Assembly (NCBI GenBank): GCA_963422365.1
Contig: OY729426.1
Coordinates: forward strand, 672,001-736,000
DNA length: 64,000 bases
From: Nitrospirales bacterium
GTDB taxonomy: Bacteria > Nitrospirota > Nitrospiria > Nitrospirales > UBA8639
Reading direction: 5' to 3'
Shown here: piece by piece, positions 11,084 to 20,353 of the stretch
Position numbering within the stretch: the stretch's first letter is position 1
Layout: each line of letters opens with the position of its first letter
Notes under the pieces: model-generated
What the model was told of the DNA's origin: nothing
The model's input: only the letters and a program-made list of their open reading frames with translations
The model's database searches: none
Position numbers and translations under genes: made by a program

Positions 11084-12646
11084 ATGCAGACCACGGCTGT
11101 GTATGACAGTTTGCACCCTCTTGAAATCAACCTGCTCGCAGCTTTTGATCAATCTGACGACAAGCCGGTCTCTGATTCGTCATTACACGAAATCTCGCAA
11201 CTGGAGCCTTCTCAAGTCAGCATGGCCTTGGGGTGGCTTCAAGCAAAAAAGTTGGTCTGCATCCATTCTGAAATCAGCATGGCCTGGGTAGGGTTGACGG
11301 AGGTAGGGCGGCGGTATCTGGCAACCGGTTCTCCACTTGAGTGGATCGTCAAGACTTGTCGGCAAGGAGCTGAAGAAGGGCACTCGTTCACCGTGAAAGA
11401 TTTACAGGGCCTGGGTACGTTTCCCCCCACGGAACTCAGTCGAGCCATTGGTCTTCTCAAAAAAGAAGGCGCCATCTCCTTAGGGGCCGGAGGCCATGTT
11501 GAAACCACTGATACGCCAAGTCCCACTCTTGAGAAGCTCCAACATCTCCTTCACCAGTTACAGGAGCGCCGTCAAGCGCTATTGTCCTTTTCGCCGGACC
11601 AACAAATGCTTTTACGCCAGTACTCGGTGAAACGGGGAAGTGCTCAGGAGCCGTTTCGTATTGAGGAACACATTCAACGCGAATACACCACGACAAAAAC
11701 GGGGAAGGCGGTGGCGAAACGCTGTCCCGCGGGCGCAGCGGAAGAAGTCTCGCAACTGACGCCTGATATGCTCAAGGATGGCTCATGGCGCAGCAAGTGT
11801 TTCCGGAAATATACCATTACCCTGAGACCGCCACGGGTCGCTCCAGGACGGAGGCATCCGTACAGAGAATTTCTTGATCTGGTCAAACACAAATTGGTCA
11901 GTATGGGATTTCAGGAAATGCGAGGCCCCTTGGTCGAAACCGAATTTTGGGACATGGATGCCCTGTATATGCCCCAGTTCCATCCGGCTCGGGCCATTCA
12001 CGACGTGTACTTTGTGAAAACGCCGACCCATGCGGATGCAATCGCCGAACCGTTTCTTTCTCAAGTGGCTGCTACCCATGAGCATGGCGGACCCACCGGT
12101 TCAAGCGGTTGGGGTTATCACTATGATAAAGAGCGGGCCCGTCGTTTGATTTTGCGAAGCCAGGGCACGGCCGTTTCGGCTCGAACCCTGGCTTCGAATC
12201 CCCTGGTACCAGGAAAATATTTTTCCATGGCACGGTGTTTTCGTTATGACCAAGTCGATGCGACGCATGCCACGGACTTTTTTCAGGTCGAAGGGATTGT
12301 GCTGGGCGAAGAGATTAATTTTCGAACGCTGCTTGGCCTGCTAACCCTGTTTGCCAAAGAAATGGCGCAAGCTCAGGAGAACAAGTTTTTCCCGGCCTAT
12401 TTTCCTTTTACGGAACCATCCGTGGAACTGCACGTCCGTCATCCGAAACTCGGATGGATGGAATTAGGGGGCGCGGGCTTGTTTCGGCCGGAAGTGACCC
12501 AACCCCTTGGGGTCACGGTCCCGGTGGTGGCGTGGGGATTGGGTCTGGATCGAATGGCCATGGTGGCGCTAGGGGTTCATGATATTCGCGAACTCTTTTC
12601 CGTCGACCTTGAAAAAATTCGCACCCTGCACGGACGGTTTGCTTAA
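11084..12646 (+). CDS. pheS: phenylalanine--tRNA ligase alpha subunit, archaeal/eukaryotic type
   Basis: About 520 aa with a long N-terminal extension. FWDMDALYMPQFHPAR, FRYDQVDATH..DFFQVEG, YFPFTEPS, ELGGAGLFRPEV, AWGLGLDR. Confidence 0.93.
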   Translation: MQTTAVYDSLHPLEINLLAAFDQSDDKPVSDSSLHEISQLEPSQVSMALGWLQAKKLVCIHSEISMAWVGLTEVGRRYLATGSPLEWIVKTCRQGAEEGHSFTVKDLQGLGTFPPTELSRAIGLLKKEGAISLGAGGHVETTDTPSPTLEKLQHLLHQLQERRQALLSFSPDQQMLLRQYSVKRGSAQEPFRIEEHIQREYTTTKTGKAVAKRCPAGAAEEVSQLTPDMLKDGSWRSKCFRKYTITLRPPRVAPGRRHPYREFLDLVKHKLVSMGFQEMRGPLVETEFWDMDALYMPQFHPARAIHDVYFVKTPTHADAIAEPFLSQVAATHEHGGPTGSSGWGYHYDKERARRLILRSQGTAVSARTLASNPLVPGKYFSMARCFRYDQVDATHATDFFQVEGIVLGEEINFRTLLGLLTLFAKEMAQAQENKFFPAYFPFTEPSVELHVRHPKLGWMELGGAGLFRPEVTQPLGVTVPVVAWGLGLDRMAMVALGVHDIRELFSVDLEKIRTLHGRFA

Positions 12647-12751
12647 GTGTTGTCAATCGTATTTGCAAAACGAAGCCCCCTTGCAGGTTTGCAGCCTGCA
12701 CAGCAAGGCATGAAAATGGCATACTTTTGTCATCCTAGCAGTTCCCTGTCG

Positions 12752-12844
12752 GTCATTCCCGACGTTTGTAATCGGGAATCCAATCCGAGGCACCGAGGAC
12801 AAGAGGAAAACCCTGTATTCCCGCTAACAGCCGACGGGAATGAC
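12752..12844. repeat. REP-like palindromic doublet, GTCATTCCCG...CGGGAATCC family
   Basis: gtcattcccgacgtttgtaatcgggaatcc and an inverted copy attcccgctaacagccgacgggaatgac between pheS and pheT. Confidence 0.8.
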
Positions 12845-12882
12845 CGAAGGGAAAACCCTAGTCTTTCCTGAGTGATGACGTT

Positions 12883-14586
12883 ATGCCCACGATTTCTTTT
12901 TTTCAAAAAGATTTAGAACGGCTTCTCGGTCAAGCAGCTCCGCTTGAGCAATTGGAGTCGTGGTTACCGTTGGTCAAAGGAGAATTAAAAGACTGTACCC
13001 ACGCCACCGGTGAAATTCGGCTTGAGCTTCAGGATAGCAACCGACCGGATCTGTGGAGCGTGGAAGGGATTGCTCGACAGATTCGGATCAAGTTACAAGG
13101 GTCGCCACTTGCCTATCCCTTTTTTGATACCAAGACTCGCCCCAAACGGCACATGCTGGTGGCCAAGGGACTCGAACGGGTTCGACCGTATGTTGCGGCA
13201 TGTACGGCCACGGGGTACACCGTCACCGAGGAAGGCTTGGCGCAACTCATTCAGGCGCAGGAGAAACTTGCCGATCTGTATGGACACAAACGAAAAACCG
13301 TCTCGGTGGGAGTGTATCGCCTTTCCCAGATTCAGTTTCCGGTGACCTATGGATTGGTGAAACCCTCTGAAGCCCGATTCACGCCACTTGGGTTTTCCGA
13401 AAAACTGACTCTTCAAGATATCCTCACGGTTCATCCTAAAGGCATTGAGTACGGCTCCATTCTCGCCGACCAGCCTCTGCTGCCCTTACTGTGGGATACA
13501 GAAGGCCAAATTTTATCCTTTCCTCCTATCATTAATAGCCAGGACATCGGGCAAGTCCACATCGGCGATTCAGCCTTGTTGGTGGAAGTGACAGGCACGG
13601 ATATGCGAATGGTCCTCCTAACCCTCAACATTTTTGCCACGAATTTAGCCGACCGGGGCGCGGCCATTGACCCTATAGACATTCAGTATCCGTATGACAC
13701 GGAGTGGGGAAAGTCGATCAGAACCCCTTGCGACATCAGCGATATGCAGCAAATTTCTCTGAAAGCCATTGAATCCGCCCTCGGACTGCCCATCGACATG
13801 GACCTCGTTCAACAAACCTTGCGGGCGTATGGGTATGAAGTCAAAACGAGTCGAAAGACGCTCGCGGTGCGGTTACCGCACTATCGAAGCGACTTCATGC
13901 ATCCGGTGGACGTGGCAGAAGACGTGGCAATCAGTCTAGGGTATGACTCGTTTGTGCCGGCGATGCCGGCCCAATTCACCGTAGGCTCGTTATCTCCTCT
14001 AGAAAGGACATCCGATTATATCCGCGATCACATGATCGGGCAGGGGTTCCAGGAAATCTTTTCCAATATTTTGCTGTCTCACGAGGAGCTTGTGGAACGG
14101 ATGAGACTGACCGCCTCAGACCACGATCACGTCGTGGAAGTGGATAACGTCATGTCACAGAGTTTTTCATGTCTCCGCTCCTGGATTGTGCCTTCGCTGT
14201 TGCGCGTGGAGACGGCCTCGCCTCATGCGTTTTACCCTCATCGGCTTTTTGAAATCGGTGAAGTCGCGATTCCTGATTTGAGTCAGGAACTCGGGTCACG
14301 AACGGCGATTCGCATGGGGATCGTCATTGCCCATCCCCATGCGAACTTTTCTGAAGTGCATACCTGCCTGGATGTGCTGATGTTTTATGTCGTAAAAGAC
14401 TATGAACTCGAGCCTCTGAATCACGGATCCTTCCTCGACGGACGAGTCGGACGCATTCTCTGCCAAGGGCAATCCAGAGGATTGATTGGCGAATTGCATC
14501 CGGAAGTCCTGGAGAACTGGGGCATCTCCGTACCCATCTCGGTGTGTGAACTTGACGTGGACTGGCTGTGTACCGACAGTCCGTAA
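12883..14586 (+). CDS. pheT: phenylalanine--tRNA ligase beta subunit, archaeal/eukaryotic type
   Basis: 567 aa. MPTI start, NRPDLWSVEGIAR, ILSFPPIINS, R.DFMHPVDVAEDVAI..GY, GELHPEVLENW. It lacks the bacterial OB (B2) and anticodon-binding (B8) domains. Confidence 0.93.
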   Translation: MPTISFFQKDLERLLGQAAPLEQLESWLPLVKGELKDCTHATGEIRLELQDSNRPDLWSVEGIARQIRIKLQGSPLAYPFFDTKTRPKRHMLVAKGLERVRPYVAACTATGYTVTEEGLAQLIQAQEKLADLYGHKRKTVSVGVYRLSQIQFPVTYGLVKPSEARFTPLGFSEKLTLQDILTVHPKGIEYGSILADQPLLPLLWDTEGQILSFPPIINSQDIGQVHIGDSALLVEVTGTDMRMVLLTLNIFATNLADRGAAIDPIDIQYPYDTEWGKSIRTPCDISDMQQISLKAIESALGLPIDMDLVQQTLRAYGYEVKTSRKTLAVRLPHYRSDFMHPVDVAEDVAISLGYDSFVPAMPAQFTVGSLSPLERTSDYIRDHMIGQGFQEIFSNILLSHEELVERMRLTASDHDHVVEVDNVMSQSFSCLRSWIVPSLLRVETASPHAFYPHRLFEIGEVAIPDLSQELGSRTAIRMGIVIAHPHANFSEVHTCLDVLMFYVVKDYELEPLNHGSFLDGRVGRILCQGQSRGLIGELHPEVLENWGISVPISVCELDVDWLCTDSP

Positions 14587-14646
14587 CCAGGCACAGGGTG
14601 AGAAGCAGGCAGGAGTACTCATACCCTTCCCCGCGTATAGAACGGG

Positions 14647-15000
14647 TTATGCCGAGGCTTTTGCCAGCTCCGTCAGAGACTGAAACCCGGCTGGATCATG
14701 AATGGCCATCTCCGACAACATCTTCCGATTCAAGGCCACATTGGCTTTGGTCAACTCATGGATAAACCGGCTGTACGATAACCCGTGTACTTTGACCGCC
14801 GCCGAGATTCTGGCAATCCACAGTCGTCGAAAATCTCTTTTTCGATGTCGTCGGCCAATGTACGCGTAGACCTGGCCTTTATCGACTGATTCCGTCGCCG
14901 TCCGAAATAGTTTGCTTTTCGCCCCATACTGCCCTTTGGCTAATTTCAACCGTTTCTTTCTACGGCGGCGAGTTTGAGGGCCTCCTTTGACACGTGGCAT
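14647..15000 (-). CDS. rplT: 50S ribosomal protein L20
   Basis: MPRVKGG...[27 protein letters not shown]. Confidence 0.98.
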   Translation of the reverse strand: MPRVKGGPQTRRRRKKRLKLAKGQYGAKSKLFRTATESVDKGQVYAYIGRRHRKRDFRRLWIARISAAVKVHGLSYSRFIHELTKANVALNRKMLSEMAIHDPAGFQSLTELAKASA

Positions 15001-15156
15001 GACCTAGCACCCCTTCGTTTTCAGGATGGTGAAAATAATCTCCCCCCTATTCAGGGGCCTTGCTTTGTGGCCTTGTTGAGCCACCGCTCTTGGAGAACGT
15101 ACCGTGACTGCTCGTCTAACGAAATGTTTGTGGTTCAGGGGTTTGCGTGTTCAAAA

Positions 15157-15360
15157 TCAGGCATAGGGTAAGAGTCTGGCCAGCGAAGCCTGATCTGATT
15201 CCGCGACCACCACCGTATCGTTCAGACGACTTTTCCGTTTGGCGTTTTTCGTGGTCAGGATATGTCGCAATCCCGCCTTTCGCCTCATGAACTTTCCGCT
15301 TCCCGTGCGTTTAAAACGTTTAGCGGCTCCCGAATGACTTTTTAACTTCATGCGTGCCAT
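15157..15360 (-). CDS. rpmI: 50S ribosomal protein L35
   Basis: [19 protein letters not shown]...RHILT.K; lies between infC and rplT. Confidence 0.97.
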   Translation of the reverse strand: MARMKLKSHSGAAKRFKRTGSGKFMRRKAGLRHILTTKNAKRKSRLNDTVVVAESDQASLARLLPYA

Positions 15361-15372
15361 GTGCTCTTTCCC

Positions 15373-15894
15373 CTAATTTTTCGGTGCGACAATCATAAAC
15401 AGATTACGCCCTTCCATTCTGGGTTCCATTTCAACCGTTCCCGCATCCTTGATCTCTTCCCGAATTTTTCCCATCGCCGACCGACCCAGCTCTTGCTTCG
15501 CCATTTCTCGCCCTCGAAACATGACCGTCACTTTGGTTTTGTTCCCCTCTGCTAAGAAGTCGACTATTCGGCGAATTTTGGTCTCGAGGTCATGCTTGTC
15601 CGTTCGCGGACGAAGTTTAATCTCCTTGACCTGCGTCGACTTTTGATGTTGACGCGTTTTGTGTTCTTTCTTGCTCTGCTCATACTTAAATTTTCCATAA
15701 TCCATAATCCGGCAGACCGGAGGCGTGCTGGTTTGGGCGACTTCCACCAAATCATACCCTCCCTCATTGGCCTGCTTGAGCGCATCCGTCGTCTTCAGGA
15801 TCCCCAGTTGCTCCCCTTCTGGGCCGATGACCCGGACTTCGGGAACTCGAATCAGGTGATTCACCCGATGTTTGGCGGCGACCGGTCTACTCAT
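15373..15894 (-). CDS. infC: translation initiation factor IF-3
   Basis: IRVPEVRVIG..GEQLG, DLVEV, PPVCRIMDYGKFKY, KEIKLRP, FRGRE. Confidence 0.97.
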   Translation of the reverse strand: MSRPVAAKHRVNHLIRVPEVRVIGPEGEQLGILKTTDALKQANEGGYDLVEVAQTSTPPVCRIMDYGKFKYEQSKKEHKTRQHQKSTQVKEIKLRPRTDKHDLETKIRRIVDFLAEGNKTKVTVMFRGREMAKQELGRSAMGKIREEIKDAGTVEMEPRMEGRNLFMIVAPKN

Positions 15895-17864
15895 TCGTGA
15901 CTCGATGAACCGGTCAATTGTTCCGATGGCATATCTTGTTGAATCAGATCCAGTACCTCTGTGATGAGCAGCGTCCCGACGTTCGTCCCACTGCGTTTTC
16001 GGACTGAGACCGCCTTCGCCTCCCGTTCCCGGTCTCCCACGACGAGCATGTAGGGAATTTTGGCTTTTTCGGCTTCGCGGATTTTGAGCCCAACTTTTTC
16101 ATTTCGCAAGTCTATCGCGACTCGCAGTCCGGCGGTCGCTAAGTGATCCCGGACATGCGCGGCATAATCCGTTTGTTTGTCGGTAATGGGAAGCACGATG
16201 GCTTGGACGGGTGCCAGCCACGTCGGAAAGGCCCCGGCATAGTGTTCAACTAAAATGCCAAAAAACCGTTCAATGGATCCCAGCAGCGCCCGATGAATCA
16301 TGATCGGTTGGTGCGCCGCGCCATCCTCCCCGATGTAGGACAACCCAAACTGCTCGGGATTATTAAAGTCAATTTGAACCGTTGAGCATTGCCAGGCTCT
16401 CCCCAACGCGTCATGGATTTTCAGATCAATTTTCGGTCCGTAAAACACCCCTTCGCCAGAATCAATGTCATAGGGAAACCCGCTTCCTTTCAGAGCGGCT
16501 TCGAGGGCCTTCGTGGCTTGGTCCCATTTTTCCAAGGCACCGACGGCTTTTTCCGGTCGCGTGGAAAGATACAACGCAAACTCCGTAAACCCAAAACGCC
16601 GGAGGACAAACATCGTGAAATCGAGGACTGTTCTGACTTCGGATTCTATTTGGTCCGGACGGCAGAAGATATGCGCATCATCTTGTGTGAATCCTCGAAC
16701 CCGCATCAGTCCATGCAGCACCCCTGAGCGCTCGTATCGATAGACCGTGCCCAATTCACCATAGCGAATGGGAAGTTCCCGATAGCTGCGTAAATGAGAC
16801 TTGTACACCATGATATGGAACGGACAATTCATGGGTTTTAATTGGTACTCACCGGCATCGACGGTCATGGGCGCGAACATGTTCTCTTTGTAATAGTCCA
16901 CGTGCCCGCTGGTTTTCCACAACCCCAACCGAGCGACGTGGGGAGAATAGACCAGTTCATAGCCGTGCTTCACGTGGCTGTCGCGCCAAAAAGTTTCTAT
17001 CAATGACCGAACCAGCGCGCCCTTGGGATGCCAGAGGATCAAGCCCGGCCCGGTTTCCTCCGGACTGCTAAAGAGATCCAGTTCCTTGCCGAGTTTCCGA
17101 TGATCGCGACGTTTAATTTCTTCAAGCTTCCGGATATGCGCATCCAGTTCTATTTGGGTTGGAAACGAGGTCCCATAAATTCGCTGAAGCATGGGATTGC
17201 GTTCATCCCCTCGCCAATACGCTCCGGCGGCGTTTAACAACTTGAAGGCTTTCACTTGACCGGTCGCACTCACGTGCGGTCCTCGACACAAGTCGATGAA
17301 ATCGCCTTGTTGGTAGAGAGAGACGGCTTTATCCTCGATCTGCTGAAGAATTTCGACTTTAAATCTTTCCCCTTGTTCTCGAAACAGCTTGATCGCGTCC
17401 TCTTTCGACATCTCAAGGCGTTGCACAGGATAATTCTTCTGAATAATCTCATGTGCGCGTGCCTCGATTTTCTCGAGATCGTCCGGCGTGAACGGCCGGT
17501 CAAAGGAAAAGTCGTAATAAAAGCCTTCGTGAATGGCCGGTCCGATCGTAAGATTGGCGGAAGGAAACACGTCTTTCACAGCTTGCGCCATAATATGGGT
17601 GCTGCTGTGTCGATAAATTTCCTTCCCGTCATCGGACGTAAAGGTCACAGGCTCCAGCGTGGCGCTCTTTGTCAGAGGCGCACTCAAGTCACGGGGTTCG
17701 CCCTCAACCCTAACAGCAAACACCTCCGGTGGAAGAGGCCCCGTCATATCCGTCAACACCTCACGCGCCGTAACGCCGGTCCGGAAGGTTTTCGTGCCGG
17801 TTCCCCGTAACGAAATCTCGATGCGTTCACCCTGGGCTTTTTCAGTTTCGACGGAAACAGACAC
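15891..17864 (-). CDS. thrS: threonine--tRNA ligase
   Basis: TGS domain, RHSSTHIMAQAV, DLCRGPH, RDHRKLG, KPMNCP, MRVRGFTQDDAH, FYGPKID. Confidence 0.98.
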   Translation of the reverse strand: MSVSVETEKAQGERIEISLRGTGTKTFRTGVTAREVLTDMTGPLPPEVFAVRVEGEPRDLSAPLTKSATLEPVTFTSDDGKEIYRHSSTHIMAQAVKDVFPSANLTIGPAIHEGFYYDFSFDRPFTPDDLEKIEARAHEIIQKNYPVQRLEMSKEDAIKLFREQGERFKVEILQQIEDKAVSLYQQGDFIDLCRGPHVSATGQVKAFKLLNAAGAYWRGDERNPMLQRIYGTSFPTQIELDAHIRKLEEIKRRDHRKLGKELDLFSSPEETGPGLILWHPKGALVRSLIETFWRDSHVKHGYELVYSPHVARLGLWKTSGHVDYYKENMFAPMTVDAGEYQLKPMNCPFHIMVYKSHLRSYRELPIRYGELGTVYRYERSGVLHGLMRVRGFTQDDAHIFCRPDQIESEVRTVLDFTMFVLRRFGFTEFALYLSTRPEKAVGALEKWDQATKALEAALKGSGFPYDIDSGEGVFYGPKIDLKIHDALGRAWQCSTVQIDFNNPEQFGLSYIGEDGAAHQPIMIHRALLGSIERFFGILVEHYAGAFPTWLAPVQAIVLPITDKQTDYAAHVRDHLATAGLRVAIDLRNEKVGLKIREAEKAKIPYMLVVGDREREAKAVSVRKRSGTNVGTLLITEVLDLIQQDMPSEQLTGSSSHE

Positions 17865-17878
17865 GCTTCTGCTCCTCT

Positions 17879-17910
17879 GTCATTCCCGCTGTCTGTTAGC
17901 GGGAATCCAG
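17879..17910. repeat. REP-like palindrome, GTCATTCCCG family
   Basis: gtcattcccgctgtctgttagcgggaatccag between tRNA-Val and thrS. Confidence 0.75.
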
Positions 17911-17970
17911 TTTTTTGCTTCGATAGAAACGAACATGCTCCTGCATCTCCCACAATCACCTGAACAATCA

Positions 17971-18045
17971 TGGTAGGCGCGGGCGGTATTGAACCGCCGA
18001 CCTCTACCGTGTCAAGGTAGCGCTCTCCCCCTGAGCTACGCGCCT
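17971..18045 (-). tRNA. tRNA-Val (GAC)
   Basis: The reverse complement AGGCGCGTAGCTCAGGGGGAGAGCGCTACCTTGACACGGTAGAGGTCGGCGGTTCAATACCGCCCGCGCCTACCA folds as a cloverleaf with anticodon GAC and an encoded CCA. Confidence 0.97.
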
Positions 18046-18363
18046 ATCACAAACGAAATATGGTAGAGGAGCTTATCGCACCCTGTCAAGAAATTCAGAG
18101 TTCCACAATAGAAAGCCGAAAAATATAAATATAAAGAGCCTTGTTTGTATAATGGATTTGCAGAAATCTAAACGCTCGCCCCAATTAGTGAGACAAGCAA
18201 GGCTGACCATGAACATGCCATTTCGACTGAAAACCACCTTGGCATGGCCGGCAATGGACGCTGAAACTGACCAAACCGCACAAGCCGTGATATGTCTATA
18301 TTATTATTAGTCAATACTATTTTGTATAGTCATTGATTTTAGTAATACAGCAGGAGGGGCTCC

Positions 18364-18994
18364 GTGGAATATACAAATCAACAACTACGTCAATCGGATT
18401 AAGCTTACTCAAGAGAAAAAATCGTCTTATGCCGATCAAATTGACACTTTGAAAGACAATGTTCTCAACGCCATAAATGGTATGGTGAGCACTAACGTGA
18501 CAAAGGTCAAAAGAGCAGGCTCGTGGAAGAAAGGCACTGCCTTAGCACCAAAGGGAGATTATCCTCTCGATATAGACGAGGTGTTCTACTGAGACCTCGA
18601 AGAAGATACTTCATTTGACGCTGAGGAGCTTCGGGAAGAGATCATTAACGTATTATGTGAATCATATCCTAACAAGGAAAGATACGGCTTATGGCAGGCA
18701 ACTCCGAAAAAACTTAACTCAGGCGAGTTCAAACCCAGCGTTGATAAGCAATGGGATTCTATAGGCGCAACAAAAGACAAATGTTCGAATTTCACTTCTA
18801 TTGTTCGCATCCTGAAAAGTTGGAGAAACTACCACGAACTGGAGCTTTCTTCTTTTTCCATTGAATTGGCAGTGGCAAATTTGGTTGAGACAAGGAGAAT
18901 ATCTGATTCTTCAATAAACCAGGCAATTATCACTTATACGAGTGAAGAGCTAGCGGCCTTGGTCAACGGTATGAAGGGCAAGCGGTTGCCGTAG
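18364..18994 (+). pseudogene. degraded CD-NTase (cGAS/DncV-like, CdnC-like) nucleotidyltransferase
   Basis: Manual translation gives an RBS and GTG at 18364, an early frameshift, then AGSWKKGTALAPKGDYPLDID, an in-frame TGA at 18590, then YPNK and IVRILKSWRNYHELELSSFSIELAVANL. Not in the ORF track. Confidence 0.8.
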
Positions 18995-19007
18995 ATATAG
19001 TTGTTCC

Positions 19008-19603
19008 ATGACCATTCATTCGTTTTCCAAATGTATTCAAGAACGTTACGAATTGTTTGAGACGCATCATGCGACGGCTATTCTTGAAAATGATTTTCCC
19101 TCAACGAATGGGCAGACATTGTGGCCGTATTGACGGAATTCCGATTGAAACGAAGCGATATTCTCAAGAGTGGTGGACGTAAAAGCCAAATTGCCCCTGC
19201 TCTGGATTCCAAATTCTATGCACGGGGATGGGACGAAAAGGGACTTGAAACAAAAGTGGTGGTCGATCAGAAGGCTCGTAATTCTCCAACGCACAAAGTT
19301 GACTGTTACAAAAACACGATCGCCATCGAAGTCGAATGGAACAATAACGATCCCTTCTATGATCGTGACTTGAATAACTTTCGACTGCTCTTTGAACTGC
19401 AAACCATCAGCGTGGGCGTGCTCATTACACGATCAGACGAATTACAGGACATTTTTGCTGCTCTTGGTCGAGGAGTTTCCTTTGGGGCTTCAACAACCCA
19501 CATGGGAAAATTGCTTCCACGAATCGAAGGTGGAGGCGGGGGCGGGGGCGGATGTCCGATCTTGGCGGTTGGTATCAGACGGAGGCTTTATGTCGAAGAC
19601 TGA
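19008..19603 (+). pseudogene. BglII/BstYI-family restriction endonuclease, frameshifted
   Basis: ATG 19008 reads MTIHSF..YELFETHHATAILENDFP, with a frameshift near 19100 into THKVDCYKNTIAIEVEWNN.DPFYDRDLNNFRLLF and GASTTH. Confidence 0.8.
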
Positions 19604-20198
19604 TTTTGCGAGACTCAGTCATCACACGTCATTTTCTACCATTTTAGCCGACCCACCTTGGAGATTTACGAACCGGACAGGGAAGGTTGCCCCTGAACAT
19701 AAACGTCTTCGTCGATACCGAACCATGAGCATCGAAGAAATTTATGAACTTCCCATCAAGGACATTGCCAACGATCCAAGCCATTTATACCTGTGGTGTC
19801 CCAATGCACTCCTTCCTTGGGGACTGCAAGTCGTGCAAGAGTGGGGGTTTCAATATAAGGGCAATGTGGTGTGGTATAAGATCAGAAAGGATGGCGGCCC
19901 AGACGGACGCGGTGTCGGCTTTTACTTTCGCAACGTCACCGAACTGCTGTTGTTTGGTGTTCGCGGGAATCTACGGACATTACAACCAGGGCGTCGGCAA
20001 GTGAATCTGATCGAATCACAAAAGCGAGAACATTCTCGCAAACCTGATGAAGTCTATAACATCATCGAAGCCTGTAGCCCTGGCCCATATCTTGAACTCT
20101 TTGCCAGAGAACCACGGACAGGGTGGATTCAGTGGGGTGATGAACTTAGAAAAACCATTCCGAATTACTCATCTGCCTATGCGACTCCTGGAGGGTGA
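19590..20198 (+). CDS. MT-A70 family N6-adenine methyltransferase
   Basis: ILADPPW, HLYLWCPN, GVGFYFRNVTELLLFG, EHSRKP, LELFAR. GGAGG RBS before ATG 19590. Confidence 0.9.
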   Translation: MSKTDFARLSHHTSFSTILADPPWRFTNRTGKVAPEHKRLRRYRTMSIEEIYELPIKDIANDPSHLYLWCPNALLPWGLQVVQEWGFQYKGNVVWYKIRKDGGPDGRGVGFYFRNVTELLLFGVRGNLRTLQPGRRQVNLIESQKREHSRKPDEVYNIIEACSPGPYLELFAREPRTGWIQWGDELRKTIPNYSSAYATPGG

Positions 20199-20353
20199 CC
20201 CCCCTGAGCCAGACAAAAACATCCCAATCCTGCAGACTCCGTCGCTCCAAATATGACGAAGTGAATGATCCGTCCTTCTTCAAGATTCCCTGCACGTTGG
20301 AGAACCTAGCCAAGACGATTCTTCTGAAACCCAAAGCCAACCACAGGTTGTGA

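Noticed and set aside
12647..12871. 74-aa ORF between pheS and pheT
   Set aside because: Largely a translation of the palindromic repeat doublet.
15373..15894. infC apparently starting with ATG coupled to the thrS stop rather than the usual ATT/ATC
   Set aside because: The true start cannot be determined from sequence, and a non-canonical codon a few bases downstream is equally possible.
17971..18045. tRNA-Val as the integration site of the defence island
   Set aside because: The island lies on the 5' side of the tRNA. I found no duplicated 3' end (att) and no integrase.
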